From: the human T2T-CHM13v2.0 reference genome, Homo sapiens
DNA length: 64,000 nt
Assembly (NCBI RefSeq): GCF_009914755.1
Contig: NC_060937.1
Direction: 5' to 3' (one strand)
The notes under the pieces are model-generated. The model saw only the letters and a list, made by a program, of their open reading frames with translations. It had not been told where the DNA came from and made no database searches. How positions within the stretch are numbered: position 1 is the stretch's first letter; every line of letters begins with the position of its first letter. A program made the position numbers and the translations under genes. This document shows, one piece after another, positions 16,001 through 30,800 of the stretch.

Positions 16001-19000
16001 ACATATAATATCAATGTACCCCAAATATATATTTTATACTCTACATGAAATATCAACGTTCACAAACCATATATTATATACTGTACATAAAATATCAAAG
16101 TACCCAAGGTATATATTCTATACTGTACAAAAGATATCAAAGTACCCAAAGCATGTATTATATACTGTACATAAAATATGAAAGTACATCAAATATATAT
16201 TTTATTCTGTAAATAAAATATCAAAGTACACCAGATATATATTCTATAGTGTACATAAAATATCAAAGTACCCAAACTATACATTATATACTGTACATAA
16301 AATATGAAATTACATCAAATATATATTAGGTACATAAAATATGAAAGTACATCAAATATAGATTATATACTGTACATAAAATATCAAAGTACCCCAAATA
16401 TATATTATATACTCTACATGAAATATCAAAGTTCACAAACCATATATTATATACTGTACATAAAATATCAAAGTACCCAAGTTATATATTCTATACTATA
16501 CAAAAAATATCAAAGTACCCAAAGCATGTATTATGTACTGTACATAAAATATGAAAGTACATCAAATATATATTTTATTCTGTAAATAAAATATCAAAGT
16601 ACACCAGATATATATTCTATAGTGTACATAAAATATCAAAATACCCAAACTATACATTATATACTGTACATAAAATATGAGATTACATCAAATATATATT
16701 ATATTAGGTACATAAAATATGAAAGTACATCAAATATAGATTATATACTGTACATAAAATATCAAAGTACCCCAAATATATATTATATACTCTACATGAA
16801 ATATCAAATTTCACAAACTACATATTATATACTGTACATAAAATATCAAAGTACCCAAGTGATATATTCTATACTGTACAAAAAATATCAAAGTACCCAA
16901 AGCATGTAGTATATACTGTACATAAAATATCAAAGTACCCCAAATATATATTATATACTCTACATGAAATATCAAAGTTCACAAACTATATATTATATAC
17001 TGTACATAAAATATCAAAGTACCCAAGGTATATATTCTATACTGTACAAAAAATATCAAAGTACACAAAGCATGTATTATATACTGTATATAAAATATGA
17101 AAGTACATCAAATATATATTTTATTCTGTACATAAAATATCAAAGTACACCAGATATATATTCTATAGTGTACATAAAATAACAAAGTACACAAACTATA
17201 AATTATATACTGTACATAAAATATGAAATTACATCAAATATATATTAGGTACATAAAATATGAATGTACATCAAATATAGATTATATACTGTACATATAA
17301 TATCAATGTACTCCAAATATATATTTTATACTCTACATGAAACATCAAAGTTCACAAACCATATATTTTATACTGTACATAAAATATCAAAGTACCCAAG
17401 GTATATATTCTATACTGTACAAAAAATATCAAAGTACCCAAAGCATATATTATATACTGTACATAAAATATGAAAGTACATCAAATATATATTTTATTCT
17501 GTACATAAAATATCAAAGTACACCAGATATATATTCTATAGTGTACATAAAATAACAAAGTACACAAACTATACATTATATACTTTACATAAAATATGAA
17601 ATTACATCAAATATATATTAGGTACATAAAATATGAAAGTACATCAAATATAGATTATATACTGTACATAAAATATCAAAGTACCCCAAATATATATTAT
17701 ATACTCTACATGAAATATCAAAGTTCGCAAACTATATATTATATACTGTACATAAAATATCAAAGTACCCAAGGTATATATTCTATACTGTGCAGAAAAT
17801 ATCAAAGTACCCAAAGCATGTATTATATACTGTATATAAAATATGAAAGTACATCAAATATATATTTTATTCTGTACATAAAATAACAAAGTACACCAGA
17901 TATATATTCTATAGTGTACATAAAATAACAAAGTACACAAACTATAAATTATATACTGTACATAAAATATGAAATTACCTCAAATATATATTAAGTACAT
18001 AAAATATGAAAGTACATCAAATATAGATTATATACTGTACATAAAATATCAATGTACCCCAAATATATATTTTATACTCTACATGAAATATCAAAGTTCA
18101 CAAACCATATATTATATACTGTACATAAAATATCAAACTACCCAAGGTATATATTCTATACTATACAAAAAATATCAAAGTACCCAAAGCATGTATTATG
18201 TACTGTATATAAAATATGAAAGTACATTAAATATATATTTTATTCTGTACATAAAATATCAAAGTACACCAGTTATATATTCTATAGTGTACATAAAATA
18301 TCAAAGTACCCAAACTATACATTATATGCTATATATAAAATATGAGATTACATCAAATATATATTATATTAGGTACATAAAATATGAAAGTACATCAAAT
18401 ATAGATTATATACTGTACATAAAATATCAAAGTACCCCAAATATATATTATATACTGTACATGAAATATCAAACTTCACAAACTTTATATTATATACTGT
18501 ACATAAAATATCAAAGTACCCAAGGTATATATTCTATACTGTACAAAAAATATCAAAGTACCCAAAGCATGTTTTATATACTGTACATAAAATATGAAAG
18601 TACATCAAATATATATTTTATTCTGTACATAAAATATCAAGGTACACCAGATATATATTCTATAGTGTACATAAAATAGCAAAGTACACAAACTATAAAC
18701 TATGTACTGTACATAAAATATGAAATTACATCAAATATATATTAGGTACATAAAATATGAAAGTACATCAAATGTAGATTATATACTGTACATAAAATAT
18801 CAATGTACCCCAAATATATATTTTACACTCTACATGAAATATCAAAGTTCACAAACCATATATTATATACTGTATATAAAATATCAAAGTACCCAAGGTA
18901 TATATTCTATACTTTACAACAAATATCAAAGTACCGAAAGCATGTATTATATACTGTACATAAAATATGAAAGTACATGAAATATATATTTTATTCTGTA

Positions 19001-20330
19001 CATAAAATATCAAAGTACACCAGATATATATTCTATAGAGTACATAAAATATCAAAGTACCCAAACTATAGATTATACACTGTACATAAAATATGAAATT
19101 ACATCAAATATATATTATATTAGGTACATAAAATATGAAAGTACATCAAATATAGATTATATACTGTACATTAAATACCAAAGTACCCCAAATATATATT
19201 TTATACTGTACATGAAATATCAAGGTTCACACACTATATATTATATACTGTACATAAAATATCAAAGTACCCAAGGTATATATTCTATACTGTACAAAAA
19301 ATATCAAAGTACCCAAAGCATGTATTATAAACTGTACATAAAATATGAAAGTATATCAAATATATATTTTATTCTGTACATAAAATATCAAAGTACACCG
19401 GATATATATTCTATAGTGTACATAAAATATCAAAGTACCCAAACTATACATTATATACTGTACATAAAATATGAAATTACATCAAATATATATTAGGTAC
19501 ATAAAATATGAAAGTACATCAAATATAGATTATATACTGTACATAAAATATCAAAGTACCCCAAATATATATTATATACTCTACATGAAATATCAAAGTT
19601 CACAAACTATATATTATATACTGTACATAAAATATCAAAGTACCCAAGGTATATATTCTATACTGCACAAAAAAAACAAAGTACCCAAAGCATATATTAT
19701 ATACTGTATATAAAATACGAAAGTTCATCAAATATATATTTTATTCTGTACATAAAATATCAAAATACACCAGATATATATTCTATAGTGTACATAAAAT
19801 AACAAAGTACACAATCTATAAATTATATACTGTACATAAAATATGAAATTACATCAAATATATATTAGGTACATAAAATATGAAAGTACATCAAATATAG
19901 ATTATATACTGTACATATAATATCAATGTACCCCAAATATATATTTTATACTCTACATGAAATATCAACGTTCACAAACCATATATTATATACTGTACAT
20001 AAAATATCAAAGTACCCAAGGTATATATTCTATACTGTACAAAAGATATCAAAGTACCCAAAGCATGTATTATATACTGTACATAAAATATGAAAGTACA
20101 TCAAATATATATTTTATTCTGTAAATAAAATATCAAAGTACACCAGATATATATTCTATAGTGTACATAAAATATCAAAGTACCCAAACTATACATTATA
20201 TACTGTACATAAAATATGAAATTACATCAAATATATATTAGGTACATAAAATATGAAAGTACATCAAATATAGATTATATACTGTACATAAAATATCAAA
20301 GTACCCCAAATATATATTATATACTCTACA
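13010..20330 (+). repeat. Near-tandem block duplication, offset 3912 bp
   Basis: Near-identical ORFs pair at a constant 3912-bp offset: 13352/17264, 13684/17596, 14057/17969, 14808/18720, 15300/19212, 15559/19471 and 16304/20216. Shared rare variants include gtgcagaaaat, ttacctcaa, aaatagcaa, ttacaacaa, caccggat, gcacaaaaaaaacaaag and tcaacgttc. Confidence 0.92.
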
Positions 20331-23300
20331 TGAAATATCAAAGTTCACAAACTATATATTATATACTTTACATAAAATATCAAAGTACCCAAGGTATATA
20401 TTCTATACTGTGCAAAAAATATCAAAGTATCCAAAGCATGTATTATATACTGTATATAAAATATGAAAGTACTTCAAATATATATTTTATTCTGTACATA
20501 AAATATCAAGGTACACCAGATATATATTCTATAGTGTACATAAAATAGCAAAGTACACATACTATAAATTATATACTGTACATAAAATATGAAATTACAT
20601 CAAATATATATTAGGTACATAAAATATGAAAGTACATCAAATATAGATTATATGCTGTACATTAAATACCAAAGTACCCCAAATATATATTTTATACTGT
20701 ACATGAAATATCAAAGTTCACAAACTATATATTATATACTGTACATAAAATATCAAAGTACCCAAGGTATATATTCTATACTGTACCAAAAATATCAAAG
20801 TACCCAAATCACGTATTATATACTGTACATAAAATATGAAGGTACATCAAATATATATTTTATTCTGTACATAAAATATCAAAGTACACCAGATATATAT
20901 TCTATAGTGTACATAAAATATCAAAGTACCCAAACTATACATTATATACTGTACATAAAATATGAAATTACATCAAATCTATATTAGGTACATAAAATAT
21001 GAAAGTACATCAAATATAGATTATATACTGTACATAAAATATCAAAGTACCCCAAATATATATTATATACTCTATATGAAATATCAAAGTTCACAAACTA
21101 TATATTATATACTGTACATAAAATATCAAAGTACCCAAGGTATATATTCTATACTGTGCAAAAAATATCAAAGTACCCAAAGCATGTATTATATACTGTA
21201 TATAAAATATGAAAGTACATCAAATATATATTTTATTCTGCAGATAAAATATCAAAATACAACAGATATATATTCTATAGTGTACATAAAATAACAAAGT
21301 ACACAAACTATACATTATATACTGTACATAAAATATGAAATTACATCACATATATATTAGGTACATAAAATATGAAAGTACATCAAATATAGATTATATA
21401 CTGTACATATAATATCAACGTACCCCAAATATATATTTTATACTCTACATGAAATATCAAAGTTCACAAACCATATATTATATACTGTATATAAAATATC
21501 AAAGTACCCAAGGTATATATTCCATAGTGAACAAAAAATATCAAAGTACCCAAAGCATGTATTATATACTGTACATAAAATATGAAAGTACATCAAATAT
21601 ATATTTTATTCTGTACATAAAATATCAAAGTACACCAGATATATATTCTATAGTGTACATAAAATATCAAAGTACCCAAACTATAGATTATATACTGTAC
21701 ATAAAATATGAAATTACATCAAATATATATTATATTAGGTACATAAAATATGAAAGTACATCAAATATAGATTATATAATGTACATACAATATCAAAGTA
21801 CCCCAAATATATATTATATACTCTACATGAAATATCAAAGTTCACAAACTATATATTATGTACTGTACATAAAATATCAAAGTACCCAAAGTATATATTC
21901 TATACTGTGCAAAAAATATCAAAGTACCCAAAGCATGTATTATATACTGTATATAAAATATGAAAGTACATAAAATATATATTTTATTCTGTACATAAAA
22001 TAACAAAGTACACCAGATATATATTCTATAGTGTACATAAAATAACAAAGTACAAAAACTATAAATTATATACTGTACATAAAATATGAAATTACATCAA
22101 ATATATATTAAGTACATAAAATATGAAAGTACATCAAATATAGATTATACACTGTACATATAATATCAATGTACCCCAAATATATATTTTATACTCTACA
22201 TGAAATATCAAAGTTCACAAACCATACATTATATACTGTACATAAAATATCAAACTACCCAAGGTATGCATTCTATACTGTACAAAAAATATCAAAGTAC
22301 CCAAAGCATGTATTATATACTGTACATAAAATATGAAAGTACATCAAATATATATTTTATTCTGTACATAAAATATCAAAGTACACCAGATATATATTCT
22401 ATAGTGTACATAAAATATCAAAATACCCAAACTATACATTATATACTGTACATAAAATATGAAATTACATCAAATATATATTAAGTACATAAAATATGAA
22501 AGTACATCAAATATAGATTATATACTGTACATAAAATATCAAAGTACCCCAAATATATATTATATACTCTATATGAAATATCAAAGTTCACAAACTATAT
22601 ATTATATACTGTACATAAAATATAAAAGTACCCAAGGTATATATTCTATACTGTGCAAAAAATATCAAAGTACCCAAAGCATGTATTATATACTGTATAT
22701 AAAATATGAAAGTACATCAAATATATATTTTATTCTGCACATAAAATATCAAAATACAACAGATATATATTCTATAGTGTACATAAAATAACAAAGTACA
22801 CAAACTATACATTATATACTGTACATAAAATATGAAATTACATCAAATATATATTAGGTACATAAAATATGAACGTACATCAAATATAGATTATATACTG
22901 TACATATAATATCAATGTACCCCAAATATATATTTTATACTCTACATGAAATATCAAAGTTCACAAACCATACATTATATACTGTACATAAAATATCAAA
23001 GTACCCAAGGTATATATTCTATAGTGTACAAAAAATATCAAAGTACCCAAAGCATGTATTATATACTGTACATAAAATATGAAAGTACATCAAATATATA
23101 TTTTATTCTGTACATAAAATATCAAATTACACCAGATATATATACTATAGTGTACATAAAATATCAAAGTACCCAAACTATACATTATATACTGCACATG
23201 AAATATGAAATTACATAAAATATATATTATATTAGGTACATAAAATATGAAATTACATAAAATATATATTATATTAGTTATATAAAATAAGAAAGTACAT

Positions 23301-26300
23301 CAAATATAGATTATATACTGTACATTAAATACCAAACTACCCCAAATATATATTTTATACTGTATATGAAATATCAAACTTCACAAACTATATATAATAT
23401 ACTGTACATAAAATATCAAAGTACCCAAGGTATATATTCTATACTGTACAAAAGATATCAAAGTACCCAAAGCATGTATTATATACTGTACATAAAATAT
23501 GAAATTACATCAAATATATATTTTATTCTGTACATAAAATATCAAACTACACCAGATATATATTCTATAGTGTACATAAAATATAAAAGTACCGAAACTA
23601 TTTATTATATACTGTACATAAAATATGAAATTGCATCAAATATATATTAGTTACATAATATATTAAAGTACATCAAATATAGATTATATACTGTACATAA
23701 AATATCAATGTACCCCAAATATATATTTTATACTATACATGAAATATCAAAGTTCACAAACCATATATTGTATACTGTACATAAAATATCAAAGTACCCA
23801 AGGTATATATTCTATACTGTACAAAAAATATCAAAGTACCCAAAGCATGTATTATATACTGTACATAAAATATGAAAGTACATCAAATATATATTTTATT
23901 CTGTACATAAAATATCAAAGTACACCAGATATATATTCTATAGTGTACATAAAATATCAAAGTACCCAAACTATACATTATATACTGTACATAAAATATG
24001 AAATTACATCAAATATATATTATATTAGGTACATAAAATATGAAAGTACATCAAATAGAGATTATATACTGTACATTAAATACCAAAGTACCCCAAATAT
24101 ATATTTTATACTGTACATGAAATATCAAAGTTCACAAACTATATATTATATACTGTACATAAAATATCAAAGTACCCAAGGTATATATTCTATACTGTAC
24201 AAAAAATATCAAAGTACCCAAAGCATGTATTATATACTGTACCTAAAATATGAAAGTACATGAAATATATATTATATTCTGTACATAAAATTTCAAAGTA
24301 CACCAGATATATATTCTATAGTGTACATAAAATATCAAAGTACCCAAACATTACATTATGTACTGTACATAAAATATGAAATTACATCAAATATATATTA
24401 TATTAGGTACATAAAATATGAAAGTACATCAAATATAGATTATACACTATATATAAAATATCAAAGTACCCCAAATATATATTATATACTCTACATGAAA
24501 TATCAAAGTTCACAAACTATATATTATATACTGTACATAAAATAAAGTCCCCAAGGTATATATTCTATACTGTAGAAAAAATATCAAAGTACCCAAAGCA
24601 TGTATTATATACTGTACATAAAATATGAAATTACATCAAATATATATTTTATTCTGAACATAAAATATCAAGGTACACCAGATATATATTCTATAGTGTA
24701 CATATAATAACAAAGTACACAAACTATAAATTATATAATGTACATAAAATATGAAATTACATCAAATATATATTAAGTACATAAAATATGAAAGTACATC
24801 AAATATAGATTATATACTGTACATAAAATATAAATGTACCCCAAATATATATTTTATACTCTACATGAAATATCAAAGTTCACAAACCATATATTATATA
24901 CTGTACATAAAATATCAAAGTACCCAAGCTATATATTCTATACTGTACAAAAAATATCAAAGTACCCAAAGCATGTATTATATACTGTACATAAAATATG
25001 AAACTACATCAAATATATATTTTATACTGTACATAAAATATCAAAGTACACCAGATATATATTCTATAGTGTACATAAAATATCAAAAGTACCCAAAATA
25101 TACATTATATACTGTACATAAAATATGAAATTACATCAAATATATATTATATTAGGTACATAAAATATGAAAGTACATCAAATATAGATTATATACTGCA
25201 CATTAAATACCAAAGTACCCCAAATATATATTTTATACTGTACATGAAATATCAAAGTTCACACACTTTATATTATATACTGTACATAAAATATCAAAGT
25301 ACCCAAGGTATATATTCTATACTGTACAAAAAACATCAAAGTACCCAAAGCATGTATTATATACTGTACATAAAATATGAAAGTACATCAAATATATATT
25401 TTATTCTGTACGTAAAATATCAAAGTACACCAAATATATAATCTATAGTGTACATAAAATATCAAAGTACCCAAACTATACATTATATACTGTACATAAA
25501 ATATGAAATTACATCAAATATATATTATATTTGGTACATAAAATATGAACGTACATCAAATATAGATTATATACTGTACATAAAATATCAAACTACCCCA
25601 AATATATATTATATACTCTACATGAAATATCAAAGTTCACAAACTATATATTATATACTGTACATAAAATATCAAAGTACTCAAGGTATATATTCTATAC
25701 TGTACAAAAAATATCAAAGTACCCAAAGCATGTATTATATACTGTATATAAAATATGAAAGTACATTAAATACATATTATATTCTGTACATAAAATATCA
25801 AAGTACACCAGATATATATTCTATAGTGTACATAAAATAACAAAGTACACAAACTATAAATTATATACTGTACATAAAATATGAAATTACATCAAATATA
25901 TATTAGGTACATAAAATATGAAAGTACATCAAATATAGATTATATACTGTACATAAAATATCAATGTACCCCAAATATATATTTTATACTCTACATGAAA
26001 TATCAAAGTTCACAAACCATATATTATATACTGTACATAAAATATCAAGGTACCCAAGGTATATATTCTATACTATACAAAAAATATCAAAGTACCCAAA
26101 GCATGTATTATATACTGTACATAAAATATGAGAGTACATAAAATATATATTTTATTCTGTACATAAAATATCAAAGTACACCAGATATATATTCTATAGT
26201 GTACATAAAATATCAAAGTACCCAAACTATACATTATATACTGTACATAAAATATGAGATTACATCAAATATATATTATATTAGGTACATAAAATATGAA

Positions 26301-27869
26301 AGTACATCTGATATAGATTATACACTGTACATAAAATATCAAAGTACCCCAAATATATATTATATAATCTACATGAAATATGATAGTTCAAAAACTATAT
26401 ATTATATACTGTACATAAAATATCAAAGTACCCAAGGTATATATTCTATACTGTACAAAAAATATCAAAGTACCCAAAGCATGTATTATATACTGTGTAT
26501 AAAATATGAAAATACATTAAATATATATTTTATTCTGTACATGAAATATCAAAGTACACCAGATATATATTCTATAGTGTACATAAAATAACAAAGTACA
26601 CAAACTATAAATTATATACTGTACGTAAAATATGAAATTACATCAAATATATATTAGGTACATAAACTATGAAAGTACATCAAATATAGATTATATACTG
26701 TACATATAATATCAATGTACCCCAAATATATATTTTATACTCTACATGAAATATCAAAGTTCACAAACCATACATTATATACTGTATATAAAATATCAAA
26801 GTACCCAAGGTATATATTCTATACTGTACAAAAAATATCAAAGTACCCAAAGCATGTATTATATACTGTACATAAAATATGAAATTACATCAAATATATA
26901 TTTTATTCTGTACATAAAATATCAAAGTACACCAGATATATATTCTATAGTGTACATAAAATAACAAAGTACACAAACTATAAATTATATACTGTACATA
27001 AAATATGAAATTACATCAAATATATATTAGGTACATAAAATATGAAAGTATATCAAATATAGATTATATACTGTACATATAATATCAATGTACACCAAAT
27101 ATATATTTTATACTGTACATGAAATATCAAAGTTCACAAACCATATATTATATACTGTACATAAAATATCAAAGTACCCAAGGTATATATTCTATACTGT
27201 ACAAAAAATATCAAAGTACCCAAAGCATGTATTATATACTGTACATAAAATATGAAAGTACATCAAATATATATTTTATTCTGTACATAAAATATCAAAG
27301 TACACCAGATATATATTCTATAGTGTACATAAAATATCAAAGTACCCAAACTATACATTATATACTATACATAAAATATGAAATTACATCAAATATATAT
27401 TATATTAGGTACATAAAATATGAAAGCACATCAAATATAGATTATATACTGTACATTAAATACCAAAGTACCCCAAATATATATTTTATACTGTACATCA
27501 AATATCAAAGTTCACAAACTATATATTATATACTGTACATAAAATATCAAAGTACCCAAGGTATATATTCTATACTGTACAAAAAATATCAAAGTACCCA
27601 AAGCATGTATTATATACTGTACATAAAATATGAAAGTACATCAAATATATATTTTATTCTGTACATAAAACATCAAAGTACACCAGATATATATTCTATA
27701 GTGTACATAAAATATCAAAGTACCCAAACTATACATTATATACTGTACATAAAATATGAAATTACATCAAATATATATTATATTAGGTACATAAAATATG
27801 AAAGTACATCAAATATAGATTATATACTGTACATAAAATATCAAAGTACCCCAAATATATATTATATAC

Positions 27870-30800
27870 TCTACATGAAATATCAAAGTTCACAAACCAT
27901 ATATTATTTACTGTACATAAAATATCAAAGTACCCAAGGTATATATTCTATACTGTACAAAAAATATCAAAGTACCCAAAGCATGTATTATATACTGTAC
28001 ATAAAATATGAAACTACATGAAATATATTTTTTATTCTGTATATAAAATATCAAAGTACACCAGATATATATTCTATAGTGTACATAAAATATCAAAGTA
28101 CCCAAACTATACATTATATACTGTACATAAAATATGAAATTACATCAAATATATATTATATTAGGTACATAAAATATGAAAGTACATCAAATATAGATTA
28201 TATACTGTACATAAAATATCAAAGTACCCCAAATATATATTATATACTGTACATGAAATATCAAAGTTCACAAACTATATATTATATACTGTACATAAAA
28301 TATCAAAGTACCCAAGGTATATATTCTATACTGTAGAAAAGATATCAAAGTACCCAAAGCATGTATTATATACTGTACATAAAATATGAAAGTACATCAA
28401 ATATATATTTTATTCTGTACATAAAATATCAAAGTACACCAGATATATATTCTATAGTGTACATAAAATATCAAACTACCCAAACTATTTATTATATACT
28501 GTACATAAAATATGAAATTACATCAAGTATATATTATATTAGATACATAAAATATGAAAGTACATCAAATATAGCTTATATACTGTATATTAAATACCAA
28601 AGTACCCCAAATATATATTTTATACTGTACATGAAATATCAAATTTCACAAACTATATGTTATATACTGTACATAAAATATCAAAGAACCCAAGGTATAT
28701 ATTCTATACTGTACAAAAAATATCAAAGTACCAAAAGCATGTATTATATACTGTACCTAAAATATGAAAGTACATCAAATATATATTTTACTCTGTACAT
28801 AAAATATCAAAGTACACCAGATATATATTCTATAGTGTACATAAAATATCAAAGTACCCAAACTATACATTATATACTGTACATAAAATATGAAATTACA
28901 TCAAATATATATTATATTAGGTACATAAAATATGAAAGTACATCAAATATAGATTATATACTGTACATAAAATATCAATGTACCCCAAATATATATTTTA
29001 TACTCTACATGAAATATCAAAGTTCACAAACCATATATTGTATACTGTACATAAAATATCAAAGTACCCAAGGTATGTATTCTATACTGTACAAAAAATA
29101 TCAAAGTACCCAAAGCATGTATTATATACTGTACATAAAATATGAAAGTACATCAAATATATATTTTATTCTGTACATAAAATATCAAAGTACACCAGAT
29201 ATATATTCTATAGTGTACATAAAATATGAAAGTACCCAAACTATACATTATATACTGTACATAAAATATGAAATTACATCAAATATATATTATATTAGGT
29301 ACATAAAATATGAAAGTACATCAAATAGAGATTATATACTGTACATTAAGTACCAAAGTACCCCAAATATATATTTTATACTCTACATGAAATATAAAAA
29401 GTTCACAAACTATATATTATATACTGAACATAAAATATCAAAGTACCCAAGGTATATATTCTATACTGTACAAAAAATATCAAAGTACCCAAAGCATGTA
29501 TTATATACTGTACATAAAATATGAAAGTACATCAAATATATATTTTATTCTGTACATAAAATATCAAAGTACACCAGATATATATTCTATAGTGTACATA
29601 AAATATCAAAGTACCCAAACTATACATTATATACTGTACATAAAATATGAAATTACATCAAATATATATTATATTAGGTACATAAAATATGAAAGTACAT
29701 CAAATATAGATAATATACTGTACATAAATTATCAACGTACCCCAAATATATATTATATACTCTCCATGAAATATCAAAGTTCACACACTATATATTATAT
29801 ACTGTACATAAAATATCAAAGTACCCAAGGTATATATTCTATACTGCACAAAAAATATCAAAGTACCCAAAACATGTATTATATACTGTATATAAAATAT
29901 GAAAGTACATCAAATATATATTTTATTCTGTACATAAAATATCAAAGTACACCAGATATATATTGTATAGTGTACATATAATAACAAAGTACACAAACTA
30001 TAAATTATATACTGTACATAAAATATGAAATTACATCAAATATATATTAGGTACATAAAATATGAAAGTACATCAAATATAGATTATATACTGTACATAA
30101 AATATCAATGTACCCCAAATATATATTTTATACTCTACATGAAATATCAAAGTTCACAAACCATATATTATATACTGTAAATAAAATATCAAAGTACCCA
30201 AGGTATATATTCTATACTGTACAAAAAATATCAAAGTACCCAAAGCATGTATTATATACTGTACATAAAATATGAAACTACATCAAATATATATTTTATT
30301 CTGTACAAAAAATATCAAAGTACACCAGACATATTTTCTATAGTGTACATAAAATATCAAAATACCCAAAGCATGTATTATATACTGTACATAAAATATG
30401 AAAGTACATCAAATATATATTTTATACTGTACATAAAAAATCAAAGTACACCAGATATATATTCTATAGTGTACATAAAATATCAAAAGTACCCAAAATA
30501 TACATTATATACTGTACATAAAATATGAAATTACATCAAATATATATTATATTAGGTACATAAAATATGAAAGTACATCAAATATAGATTATATACTGTA
30601 CATTAAATACCAAAGTACCCCAAATATATATTTTATACTGTACATGAAATATCAAAGTTCACACACTATATATTATATACTGTACATGAAATATCAAAGT
30701 ACCCAAGGTATATATTCTATACTGTACAAAAAACATCAAAGTACCCAAAGCATGTATTATATACTGTACATAAAATATGAAAGTACATCAAATATGTATT

